A DNA stretch of 64,000 bases from Macrostomum lignano (Eukaryota). The notes beneath the pieces were generated by a model. It searched no databases. It was not told the origin of the DNA and worked only from the letters and a program-made list of their open reading frames with translations. The position numbers and the translations under genes are program-made. How positions within the stretch are numbered: position 1 is the first letter of the stretch; each line of letters starts with the position of its first letter. Where the stretch lies: NCBI GenBank assembly GCA_002269645.1, contig NIVC01000064.1:124001-188000 (forward strand), read 5' to 3'. This document shows, piece after piece, positions 48,301-60,255 of this stretch.

Positions 48301-50326
48301 AATCTGCACTCACCTGGTCAGCAGCTGGGTCACCGTACTCTTGCCCGCCCCAGACCGGCCGCACACGGCCACAACGCAGCCGCTGGGCACCGTCAGGCTG
48401 ACGCCGTCCAGCACTACGGCGTCCGGCCGGCCGGGATACGCAAACCGGACATTCTCCAACCGGACAAGATCCTGTCCGGCCGATACAGGGGCCGCCAGTT
48501 CGGTCAGCAGGCCCGGACGACCACGATCGATTTCTATGCAGGGCCGACTGTCCAGCAGGCGGAATACTCGACCGCCGGCTGTGGCGCCTTTGATTGCGTG
48601 GCCAAACAGGGGCGACAGGTTGGCGGCCGAGCGCATTGCGGTCTGCACGCCCACTAGGTAGGCCGTGAGCTCGCCGGCTGTGAGCTCGCCCCGGCCGATG
48701 CAGACGCCGCCGCCGCACAGGACTGTGAGTACTACTCCGTTCACGGCTAGATTTGATAGGGCCTGGTAGGATTTAATAAAATAAACAGCGTTTACTAAGC
48801 GAGATTTGTATAGTTTCGATACATATCGGATTTACTTAAGTAATTGTAGATATTTCCGATACAAATCGGCCTTCTTAATTAGCTGTCGATCAGAAGTTTT
48901 GCATACTTTCGATACATATCGGCATTTTCAATTATTAGATATCGACATACACTTATGTGGCTGGTTTTGCATACTTTCGATACATATCGGCATTTTCAAT
49001 TAGCTAGCGACATATACTTATGTGGCTGGTTTTGCATACTTTCGATACATATCGGTATGTTTTTAAATCCATAAAAACTTCACCTGGAACAGTCCAATGC
49101 CCAGTGCCAATCGTCTGGCCAGAGCAGCAGCCTCTTCCACCTGTCCCTCGTAGAGTCGCAACTCTTCGGCCTCCATGCCGAACGCTTTGACGCTGCGCAT
49201 CTGTGTCAGGGCTTCGTGCGCCACCGCGTTGGCGGCAGCTTGTTGCGCGGCGGCTCGCTTGCTCAGAGCTCGAAGCATAGAGCCGAGGCCCAAGCCGACG
49301 GCAACAACTAGGGGAATGTACAGCAGAAAAAATGCCGACAGTCTGGGCGACATGGCCACCAAATAGCCGAGGCTGCCAACTGTTTGGGTGGCGTTGCGGA
49401 GGCCCTGCGACACGGCCGACTTGAATGCGCTTTTGAAGTCCTGCGATTGAATTGGAATAAACGCAGGTATAGTTGTCTTGGACCGGGAGATGCACATTGA
49501 GGAGTAATGGGGAATCCTAAGGATCGTATGTACATTGAGGAGTAATGGGGAATCCTAAGAATCGTTATTACATTGAGGGGTAATGGGGAATCCTAAGAAT
49601 CGTATGTACATTGAGGAGTAATGGGGAATCCTAAGAATCGTATGTACATTGAGGAGTAATGGGGAATCCTAAGAATCGTATGTACATTGAGGAGTAATGG
49701 GGAATCCTAAGAATCGTATGTACATTGAGGGGTAATGGGGAATCCTAAGTATTGTATGTACATTGAGGAGTAATGGGGAATCCTAAGAATCGTATGTACA
49801 TTGAGGGGTAATGGGGAATCCTAAGAATCGTATGTACATTGAGGAGTAATGGGGAATCCTAAGTATTGTATGTACATTGAGGGGTAGTGGGGAATCCAAA
49901 GAATCGTGTGTAGATTAAGGGACAGTGGGGAATCCAAAGAATCGTGTGTACATTGAGGGACAGTGGGGAATCCTAAGAATCGTATGTACATTGAGGGACA
50001 GTGGGGAATCCTAAGAATCGTGTGTACATTGAGGAGTAGTGGGAATTCAAAGAATTGTGTGTACATTGAAGGAGAGAGTACATTATTAGATCGCGCAGCC
50101 ACTCACTTGAACATCGCCAGACAATCTGCTGAGCAGTTCGGCGGAGCGGTGCCGATCAAAGAAGGCCACGTCCTGAGTCAGCAGGGTGGCCATCAGCCGG
50201 CGTCGGAGTCGGGCGGCCAAATTTTCGCCAACGCAGCCGAGCAGGGAGATGTAGGCGAATGTGACGCCGCTCTGTTCGGGGGCAAAGGGGAGTTATCTGC
50301 TCTAAGCATGAGCTAACGATGGTATG

Positions 50327-50380
<54 letters not shown>

Positions 50381-51462
50381 AAGACAGACAGACCGACAGG
50401 CAGAAAGACAGACAGACAGACAGAAAGACAGGCAGACAGGCAGACAGACAGAGGAATAGACAGACAGGCAGACAGACAGACACAGACAGACAAAGACAAA
50501 GAAGACGAGCTTGCCAGTTATATGTTATTTGCCTCAGAGCCGCCATCTCACCTGAGCAGCATACACTCCCAGCAGCCTCAGAGCCGCCATCTCACCTGAG
50601 CAGCATACACTCCCAGCAGCCTCAGAGCCGCCATCTCACCTGAGCAGTATACACTCCCAGCAGCCTCAGAGCCGCCATCTCACCTGAGCAGCATACACTC
50701 CCAGCAGCCTCAGAGCCGCCATCTCACCTGAGCAGTATACACTCCCAGCAGCCTCAGAGCCGCCATCTCACCTGAGCAGCATACACTCCCAGCAGCCTCA
50801 GAGCCGCCATCTCACCTGAGCAGCATACACTCCCAGCAGCCTCAGAGCCGCCATCTCACCTGAGCAGCATACACTCCCAGCAGCCTCAGAGCCGGGCCCA
50901 TCACAGTCTTCAACTGGTCCCAATCTGCGCCCTGCAGGCGCATCACCGAGTCCACAACCTGGCTGATCCCGACAGGAATTTGAACGTTCAGCAGAGCGGC
51001 GGCAACGGAAGCGACCACCGCAGCCAGAAGCAAATGAAGATCCGGAAGCAGCAGACTGCCCAGCAGGCGCCAACTGAACTTACCGACGTCGTCGTCGACA
51101 GAACGGGACACCGCAGACGCATCTTCATCGGTGCGCGCCAGTTCTGCAGGCGGAGCAGTTTCTGCTCGAACAACTCCGCCGCCTAATGAGAACAACGATG
51201 CCGATGCTGACAGCCAATCAGAGCTTGCCACGTAGCAGCCCAACCCGACGCCACCGCCAACAACAGCAGCGGCCGAGCCTAATGCCAAACGAACTCCTCG
51301 TCGGCCTATTAAAGCTACTAAAGGTCTACGACGCTTAGCAACGGTTGCTAATAGCAAAGAGGCATAGGAAGAGATTGATCTGCTGCGGATTGCAGACGAC
51401 AAGTTGAAAATTTGACCAGCCGGTGGCCGCCTGGTGGGCAGCTGGCGAATTCGAACCACCAG
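45345..51462 (-). CDS. ABCB8: Mitochondrial ABC half-transporter ABCB8-like, ~720 aa; exons 51462-50860, 50271-50107, 49440-49084, 48762-48314, 47686-47353, 46546-46379, 45428-45345
   Basis: AALLNVQIP and [10 protein letters not shown] match ABCB8. Walker [10 protein letters not shown], signature [16 protein letters not shown], Walker [19 protein letters not shown]. Exon phases are consistent. The last intron is GC-AG. The first exon has no usable ATG. Confidence 0.9.
45505..46300. repeat. 30-bp G-rich minisatellite GGACGGATCTACCTGAGGATTGAGGGGTGG (ABCB8 intron 6)
   Basis: About 26 copies. Confidence 0.95.
46640..47340. repeat. 31-32-bp G-rich minisatellite GGCGGATCCACCTGAGAATCGATGGGGGAGGG (ABCB8 intron 5)
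   Basis: Shares the GGATCYACCTGAG core with the intron 6 array. Confidence 0.95.
49490..50065. repeat. 38-bp minisatellite ATGTACATTGAGGAGTAATGGGGAATCCTAAGAATCGT (ABCB8 intron 2)
   Basis: About 15 copies. Confidence 0.95.
50324..50500. repeat. (GACA)n microsatellite
   Basis: Direct inspection. Confidence 0.95.
50531..50887 (-). repeat. 44-bp tandem repeat of the ABCB8 exon 1 end plus 5' splice site, 8 copies
   Basis: Unit TGAGGCTGCTGGGAGTGTATGCTGCTCAG|GTGAGATGGCGGCTC. Confidence 0.95.
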
Positions 51463-51674
51463 CTGCGAGAGAGCCAGGAGCGTATTAATGACAGCAGTTA
51501 CAGCAACAATAAAGTCCTCCTTAGGAAGCCTTAAATCCCGTGTCTAAGCTAGAATCTTAATAAAAAGTACATCATGTCCCCAAAATCCTGGCTCAAGATC
51601 CCGAGCGGACACTGACATATCTCGGTACCGAAAATTTGCCAGAAGCCTACAACGAGTCTTTTTAACAAGCTCGA

Positions 51675-52385
51675 AGCTTCACAAGCTCTCACAAGCTCGA
51701 CACGCTCTCAAAAGCTCTCACAAGCTCGACACGCTCTCACAAGCTCTCAAAAGCTCTCACAAGCTCTCAAAAGCTCTCACAAGCTCGACACGCTCTCACA
51801 AGCTCTCACAAGCTCTCACAAGCTCGACACGCTCTCACAAGCTCTCACAAGCTCGACACGCTCTCAAAAGCTCTCACAAGCTCGACACGCTCTCAAAAGC
51901 TCTCACAAGCTCGACACGCTCTCACAAGCTCTCAAAAGCTCTCACAAGCTCTCAAAAGCTCTCACAAGCTCGACACGCTCTCACAAGCTCTCACAAGCTC
52001 GACAAGCTCTCACAAGCTCGACAAGCTCTCACAAGCTCGACAAGCTCTCAAAAGCTCTCACAAGCTCTCAAAAGCTCTCACAAGCTCTCACAAGCTCGAC
52101 AAGCTCTCACAAGCTCGACAAGCTCTCACAAGCTCGACAAGCTCTCACAAGCTCGACAAGCTCTCACAAGCTTTCACAAGCTCGACAAGCTCTCAAAAGC
52201 TCTCACAAGCTCGACAAGCTCTCACAAGCTCTCACAAGCTCGACAAGCTCTCACACGCTCTCACAAGCTCTCACAAGCTCGACAAGCTCTCAAAAGCTCT
52301 CACAAGCTCGACAAGCTCTCACAAGCTCTCACAAGCTCGGAGCTTCACAAGCTCTCACAAGCTCCCACAAGCTCGAAACTTCACA
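51675..52385. repeat. Mosaic 9/10-bp minisatellite (AAGCTCTCAC / AAGCTCGAC variants)
   Basis: Direct inspection. Confidence 0.95.
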
Positions 52386-52859
52386 AACTCCCAAGTTTCA
52401 CAAACTGGAAGCTTCACATGGTCGAGCTTATAAGCTTATATTATCAAAGCAACAAGCAGGATTTAAGTTTCCAGGTTGTGAAATTGGTCTCCGATGAAAC
52501 TTAGGCGTCCTTCTACTTGGCGTATCAACTAATATGGATGATTTCTCGACTTAACGGGAATCAGAACGGCCAAGAAAGGGTAATAAATTTCTTAGATATG
52601 GTTCTGTTACTTAATCTACACTGTTAGGTGGTAAAGGAAAATTGAAATTAAGAACTTAAGAACAAGAAGATTAACAAGGGATAAGTTTATTTATTCTAAT
52701 TTATTAACCTGGCAATAAATTATACGCTCGTAATAACATCAAATGCTTTAACAGTGCATCAAAATAGCAGAAAATTGAGATTATTTTTATACCAACAAAG
52801 AATTAGTTAACGTTATAAACACACAAATCTACAATAACTTGTAGACATAGACACAATGA

Positions 52860-52920
52860 ATGAGTGAATGACACTAGTTTACTAGTTTCAAACACTAGTA
52901 AACTAGTGTCATTCACTCAT
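52860..52920. other. Perfect 27-bp inverted repeat with 7-nt loop
   Basis: ATGAGTGAATGACACTAGTTTACTAGT-ttcaaac-ACTAGTAAACTAGTGTCATTCACTCAT. Confidence 0.9.
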
Positions 52921-53296
52921 GTTTGAAAAGTCACTTACGCTACATATCGGTTATTTGCTACAACTGGAATAGTTGAGAATTTGTAACCAGCTTAAAGTAT
53001 GAATAGTGCTTTTTAAGCATCGTCAGGATTTTAAAATAACCGTGTAAAGTTATTTACGCTACATATCGGTAATGAAAATAGTAGGCAAGATAGTAGTAGA
53101 GGGTAGACTAGAGTTTAAAAAGCTTTCTTAAGAGGTGATACGCGTAAATTGCTTTAATAAGCCGAAATGATCTCTTAGTCTCTTTAATAGTTAACTCGGT
53201 ACAAAGCTATTTTCGATACATATCGGCAAATCGGCAATCAAGTTAGCATAATCCCTTTAGTGCTTTTCTTTCCCAAGTAGACTATTTTGTTAGAGT

Positions 53297-54592
53297 CTAC
53301 TTGCTGCCGGCGCCGCCAGACACGATGGCGCCCAGACGGCCAAGAATAGCGCCGCCCAGCTCGTTAAGGGAGGCCGTCATCGACTGAGCATCAACTCTGG
53401 ACGAAACGGCGGCGCTAGCGGAGGTGGCGGCAGACTCAACAGCAGCGGTCAGCTGTTGACGCCTCCGACGGCGTTGATAGTCCTGCGCTAGGCGCTGCGC
53501 TCCAGCGTAGAGAACGGCGCCAAACAGGAAGGCCGTTATCAGGGCGGCGCCTTCCTGCATGGCATTTGCAGAGATGCAGATTTAATAAGTAAACTTCAAA
53601 CAAAATGTTTTCTATACTACTAGTTACAAAATTTAGTAGAGTGAAACGGTTTTAAAAAGCCTTAAAAAGCACAAAAAGCACGGATATAAAAAGGGGGTTT
53701 GTGCTTATTAGAAACATATTGCTGCTTTCAATCATTATCATCACTTTTCAAGGCAGCCTTCTTAATGTACATGTAGCCTTCAGGCTTCACCTGTAGCAAC
53801 ATATACTTCTCCAATTGTGAGACTTTGTGGGTCAAGATGAACCATGATGCGAGGATGCGAGGATCACTGGGTCATGTTGTACAGTGCAGGTCAATCTTCG
53901 GTAGGTTATTGTAAGCGTTAATATATAGCTAGTCTGCAAGATTCAATTCAGACTAATGAGAAAAGTAGACAAATAAAGATTTGAATTGTAAAATCTCTCT
54001 CATAGCCCCCGAAAAATGTCACCATAAAAGAAACGTTTGTCTGTGCACACTAAAAGTGGTGGGAGAGCACAGGATTAGAGAGCCAATCCCGAACCTGTAC
54101 TTTAGCGCGAGGTTCGACCTCTACTTTTAGTGTGTCAACACCCACCTTAGAGGCCAGAGCGACCGCAGCTCGAACGGACAAGCTAGAAATAATCTGCACT
54201 GTTCTCAACGCCGCAGAGGTCACCGACTGAGCAGCCCGACGCAGCCGATGCTCAGGCTCCAGCAGCAGCATCAAAGCCAGCTGCACGCACGAGGCGGCCG
54301 CCAGAGCGCCGCCAAGGATTTTGAAAATCTTCAACGAATACTGAATCCAGCCGTCAATAGACTTGTCCTTTGTAAAGCTACTAGTAGGAACTTGTTTAAC
54401 TTTTTTGACACTTTCTGCGAGACAAACACTACTAATACCACTTCTAGTAGTAAGACTAGCACGTACTATGCTACCCTGTGCATGCGCGAAAACAACTGCT
54501 GCCCCCGCAGTAGCGCCAGATAATAAAATCAACCGACGACAAGATGTTGACAGGGTCAGGCTGGTAGCCCGCTGGGCAAGGATGCGCCAAGC
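53297..54592 (-). CDS. Uncharacterised membrane protein with presequence-like N-terminus, ~235-252 aa; exons 54592-54095 (or 54146) and 53554-53297
   Basis: GC-richer open frames bounded by TTTTCAG and CATGCAG acceptors, phase 0, with several hydrophobic segments. No early ATG and no recognised family. Confidence 0.6.
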
Positions 54593-54829
54593 CTGAAAAT
54601 GTTATTAAGATAAGACTTGAAAACTAAAGAGATTTATACATGTACAATACACAGCTAAATACCTTTTTCTGAAAAATTACACTTTTGAAATCCGAATCGT
54701 GGGAGTGGCGTCCTATTCCCGAGAAGGGAAATTTAATGGGGGAATCCTGGACGACGGGGATTTCTGAATGAGTATTCGTGTGAGTGAATTCTGCTAATTG
54801 GATACCCCTCTTAGTGACCACTGCTGATA

Positions 54830-55530
54830 AGATTCCTCTCTTAGTGAAGTCTGCTAACGGTATCCCCCTTAGGGACCTCTGCCGATTGGATTCACCCCTT
54901 AGTGACCTCTGCTAATGGGATTCTCCCCTTAGTGACCTCTGCTGATGGGATTCTACCCTTAGTACCCCTGCTGATGGGATTCTCCTCGGGGTGACTTCTG
55001 CTAATGGGATTTTTCCCTCGGTGACCTCTGCTCTGCTGATGGGATTCTCCCATTAGTGACCTCTGCTGATGGGATTCTCCCATTAGTGACCTCTGCTGAT
55101 GGGATTCTCCCATTAGTGACCTCTGCTGATGGGATTCTCCCATTAGTGACCTCTGCTGATGGGATTCTCCCATTAGTGACCTCTGCTGATGGGATTCTCC
55201 CATTAGTGACTTCTGCTGATGGGATTCTCCTCGGGGTGACTTCTGCTAATGGGATTATTCCCTCGATGACCTCCGCTCTGCTGATGGGATTCTCCCATTA
55301 GTGACCTCTTCTGATGGGATTCTCCCCTTAGTGACCTCTGCTGATGGGATTCTCCTCGGGGTGACTTCTGCTAATGGGATTCTTCCCTCGGTACCTCTGC
55401 TCTGCTGATGGAATTCTCCCCTTAGTGACCTCTGCTGAGGGTTTTCCCTTCGTAGTGACCTCTGCTAATGGGATTCTCCCCTTAGTGACCTCTGCTGAGG
55501 GTATTACCTTCGTAGTGACCTCTGTGCTGA
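54830..55530. repeat. ~30-bp minisatellite TAGTGACCTCTGCTGATGGGATTCTCCCAT
   Basis: About 22 copies. Confidence 0.93.
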
Positions 55531-56582
55531 GAGGGTTCCCTCAGAGCGATTCTTGATAAAGGAAATCCCCGAGAATCTTAATTTCTGCTAAGGGATGCCC
55601 AGTTCTTGCTGAGTATTCCCCCAAGCAGTGATGAGTATAAAAATCGGTTCCTTACAGTGATTTCAGCTGAGGAATTTTCAGATTCTCGTAGTTTCTGCTT
55701 TGGTAAATCCCCAGAAGTGATTCTGCTTAGAATTACCTGGGTTTCATAGAGGCGACTGCTTTCAGGGGGACACAATCATAAAGTACATGTAACCTATAAG
55801 GAAGCAAATGCCTATTCAGTCCATGCCTTTTTTAAAGAGCGCAAATAGATTTTTGACTTACATTTATCACAATCTGATCTAATCCTACTATACGAAGTTG
55901 ATTTGTCTCAATCTATCTGTCTAGGTAGGTGAAACGTTAAATTAAGGCGCATTTTATACGAGTGCAGCTCGGTAATTGCCAGGTGTTTGTACTTCGCTTT
56001 GACTCGTGTATATGTATTTTACATGTAGCATACATGTGCAAACGCTACGTAATATAATCAATACAATCTCGAAGAGATTCTCTGCAATGTAGTTTTATAA
56101 AGTGCTAAACTCTACTACTCTAAGTAAGTAGATTAACCAAGTTAGATCAATTTTTTGTTATAAAATGAATAAGAAAGCACTTTGCTGCAACAAAGTTGGC
56201 TTAAAAATTGCATTTAATGTGTGAAATATTTTTTTATAATTCATTGCAAAGAATCTCTGTAATCTTGTAATGAAAGCGCTCTATTTCGATTTACGTGTAG
56301 TTTTGAATAAAAAACGGCACAATCTAAAATATTGAATAAACAAGAGGAACATGAAAATAACAATTGCAGATTAAGAATGTTTAATTGACGAAGACAAAGC
56401 AACAGCACAAATACAATGGCTAATAAATTGAATAGGGCCTGTTTGAAGATTACAATGATTCGAATTCTAAATATATGGATTCCGTACCCAAATACTGCCA
56501 AGGTGTTCAATATACTCGTACAAAAGGAGTTCGAAAAAAGTTTGGGTCTTAAAAAGGTGGAATCGCAACATATCGATTGCAG

Positions 56583-57470
56583 TCAGTCAGATTTGTCCAC
56601 TTCTGTAGCGTCCGTACTCAGCTGCTGCTGCTGTTGCTCTTGCAGCTGCAAAGGCGGCGACTGTACTGCACCCTCTTCGCACTCGCTAACGGGTTTCAAC
56701 AGCAATTGAGCAGAACTGCTTCGCTGAGGCTTTATCATTAGAGAAGCTGGCGGCGGCATGTGCGGAGGCTGTGAAGACGACAATGATGACGACAGTGGCG
56801 GCGGCGGGGTCGGTGGGCCTTGCGAAGCGTGAAATGACGTTGTTGTCGGAGGCGGCGGCGGTGGCGGCGGCGGCGCCTGACTGAAGTCGATGCCGGCAGG
56901 AATTTCTACGCTTTTAGTTGCCTGAGCTCGACGAATCAGATTCTGCGAATAGTCGATGGTTTTCGAGCGCAAGAAGGTCTTGGCCGATTCGAGCACAGAG
57001 CCAGAGCCAGAATTAGCAGCGGTAGCGGAACCAGCAGCACCAGCAGCATCTGGAGCATCGGCAGCTGTTGGAGAGTCTGAAGTGCTCAATCTGTGCACAA
57101 CATCGGCCGAGCTACGCTTAATAGCGTCAGTGACGCTGGCAGCCATGCTGCGCCGTCTCCGCTCGTAGTCCAGCTGCTGCTTTGTGAACAGGGCATTTCT
57201 AGCCAACTCGCCCATCGACTGAAAGCTGCTCCGACTACGGCCGATCGAACGCAAAGCCGACAGGACGCAATCAACGTCGGTCACGTGACCAGAAATATCC
57301 CGATCAAGGCGAGACACTTCGGCGCGTTGAGCTGTCAGACGGGGCACAGTCTTTCGCACGTGCTCCTCAATTCTATAGAGCGCTAGCGACGGCTCGTTTG
57401 CTAATATTCTAGCCACTTCGCTCATCCGATCGGCCAGGGCTCGAGCTCGGGACTCCGTTTCGTTTGACAT
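56583..57470 (-). CDS. BORCS8: BORC subunit 8 (MEF2BNB)-like with long low-complexity C-terminal extension, 295 aa
   Basis: ILANEPSLALYRIEEHVRKTVPRL matches the BORCS8 motif VLANEPSVALYRLQEHVRRSLP. An AG acceptor lies 7 nt upstream of ATG 57470. Confidence 0.85.
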   Translation of the reverse strand: MSNETESRARALADRMSEVARILANEPSLALYRIEEHVRKTVPRLTAQRAEVSRLDRDISGHVTDVDCVLSALRSIGRSRSSFQSMGELARNALFTKQQLDYERRRRSMAASVTDAIKRSSADVVHRLSTSDSPTAADAPDAAGAAGSATAANSGSGSVLESAKTFLRSKTIDYSQNLIRRAQATKSVEIPAGIDFSQAPPPPPPPPPTTTSFHASQGPPTPPPPLSSSLSSSQPPHMPPPASLMIKPQRSSSAQLLLKPVSECEEGAVQSPPLQLQEQQQQQLSTDATEVDKSD

Positions 57471-60255
57471 CTTGCGACTGTTAATATTATTAATGCTGCT
57501 AGGACTGCTGCCGATGCTGCCAACGCTAGCGAAGTTAGACCGACCGGCGTAGATCAACTGCACGCTGTTTTCCATATAAAAAGCACAATTCTTTGTAGGC
57601 CTTTGTCTCGCGCGCTCCTGCCGTGAAAAGTACCGGTTGTACGTTTGTTTTTTTAAACTGCGCCTTTCTGTGGCGGTTCGTCTTGTCATGCAAAAAAATA
57701 ATATTGGTAGGTTAGACTGATTTGCTATGTTGCAATCCCAAAACTTGATAAGAGTACTATTAATGTCACGTTTATAAGGCCGCCTCCACCCCTAACATCA
57801 AGTTACGAATTCTAGCTTAGCAACAAACTATAAATAGCTAAATAAAAAAATTAACAAAGGCGGCGGAAAGCTCAACAAGCGAGTCATTTATATATCACTG
57901 GGATGTTAGATCTCATTAACTTGAAAGCCTGTCGCGAGTCGCATCATTCTAGAACTATTTGGTTTGCTTTCAATGTAAATTCCAACTAAACAACTGGAGA
58001 TAGAGAGAGAGGCAACACAAGCAAAAGAACCATATAAGTATTCATCATAATCGAATTTAAAATATAGGGTATTTTAACAAGAAATTATTGGAAACAAAAG
58101 AGAAAACTAAGAATTTTGCAAACTAACTCGCGAACGCGTGGTCGGTTATAAGTTTTTTTTCCAGTTTCAGCAAAAACCATAACACAGTAATGATAGTATT
58201 AAACATAAGCAGTAAGAGTAGTAGCGTAATGCTAATCAACCGATGAAAATTGAATTATAATAGTTTGTACCTGGCAGGCGCAAATGAACTCGACAGAGGA
58301 TCGGGAGATTTCTATTTTGGAAGTTTAATCGTCTCGATATAATTAGTGGATAAAAATATTTTTTAATAGGACAGTTTGTCATTTATATAGTACGGGGAAT
58401 TAAGATAACAAACTGCATAGCATACTACTATAGTTGGCACTGCAATGCATTTTAAGGTTTGAAATTTATTAGAGAACAGGTGGCAAAGATTCAACTAATT
58501 AATGTTTCGTTAATTAGAGGTGCGCAGGTGCGAAGGTGTACAATTATTTATTCAAGCGCTTGTTATTCAAGTGTTATTTAAAATGACTGGCTTAGCTTTT
58601 TATTGCAGTAGGTACGGATACTTATTAAAGAAATCAGCAAGTTAAATAAAATGAGCCTCAGCCAATTTACCTACTCTAACCAGCCTGTCTAATCACGAAT
58701 AGAAAATTAATTAACCAACAAAAAATCGACTGGATTTTTTAGCACAAAACTTTTTTTCAAATTCACTGAAACAACACAGTCATCGCATTTTTTGTTTTCT
58801 ATTCATCTCTGCATCGGCAACATCAAAGGCCAACAACAAGGCATTATAGACCGCCGCACAGGCACACCGTTAAATTTATCGATAATTATAAAACGCGGCC
58901 CGCACCTTAGCCCCAGTTATCTCTTAAGTTTTTTATATTTAATTGTGTTGAACAAAATTACGCAAGTTAAAACACGTTATCATTAATGTAAATGTAATAT
59001 AATAGGAAGCGGCAGGAAGGCGGTGGGTGGGGGGATGGTACTTAAACGATCGCTTATCATCAGATAGCGCAGACAGACAGCCGCACAATTGCGACCCTGA
59101 AAGGCGCTGCTGCACTCTGAATTATGATAATAACAGCGCGAAAGTAGACTGATAACTACTGTAGCTTATAGGCTTTGAACTGGAAAGGGATAGCAGAGGG
59201 CGTTGTGGACTGTTAAATTAGTTATTTCTTGCTAACTCGGTAACACATAGGAAAAGAAAGCTAAATAGAACACACGTTTTTTAGGACTTATTTTGTTTAT
59301 ATGTATATAAACTGCTTTCCGAACAAAGAAGTTCGTTTCCTAGAGATGGTAAAAATACAACAGTTTAATTGTTTTTAACGCGCATCCGGTGCCAAATACT
59401 ACTACAAACAGGTCATGTATTTTTATAATTTTAAAACTGTTTACCCGAACAGTTAGGCGAGCTACTAGATAGACTTCAGATGCTCGGCAAAGATCGAAGC
59501 AATTCAAAAAGGAAAGAACGGCAAAACTGCATACGAATATGTTAAATAATTGATTAATTGAATTTCAACTTTGCCGGGCTGCTACAGAGTCTGCGCTGAA
59601 GCAATCAGTGCAATATTTATTGAGTGAAGGTATTAATAGCAATAGCAGGAGAGAAAAATAGAAGTTAACAAAATAAAACGACCTACAACTAAAAAATTAT
59701 TTTGTTTGTGTTCTCTAAAATAAGTCGCACCTTTTTAAAACAGTCTAAACAAATTAATATCGAGCTTATTTAATATTAATAATCCTTATAACTGATTTGG
59801 CAGACATTTTATTCGGCGCGATAACTATATTTTTGAACTCCTTAACCAGACGTTAGTCAATTAAATGTAATAATATTCGACTAGGGAGGGACCTGTGGAC
59901 ATGCGTTACAGTTAATAATTAATAAGTTTTAATTAGATGATTTGAAAGGCCGAAACGGAACGCGCAAAAAAGCTAGCTTAAACATGAAACGGATTTCCCA
60001 TGCCACTCTTGTAGGTAGATTATGAGCGCACAAAGATAGTAAACCACAAAATCGACTGGCCCACAATAGCAGCAATAAATGGAGTCAGTAGCCCCGGGCG
60101 CAGACTTGGCGGCTCCCCATCAAACCAAAAAAACAACGCAGACTCTTCATCATTGCAGACGACAGTCAAGATGGTAACAGTTCTACCGCCTCCCCATCAA
60201 AACAAACAGGCGAGAGAGAGAGAGGGGGTGAAAGACGACCGACCCTCTCTGCGCT

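Noticed and set aside
57471-57689. N-terminal extension of BORCS8 from upstream ATGs
   Set aside because: Homology starts at MSNETES, and an acceptor sits 7 nt before that ATG.
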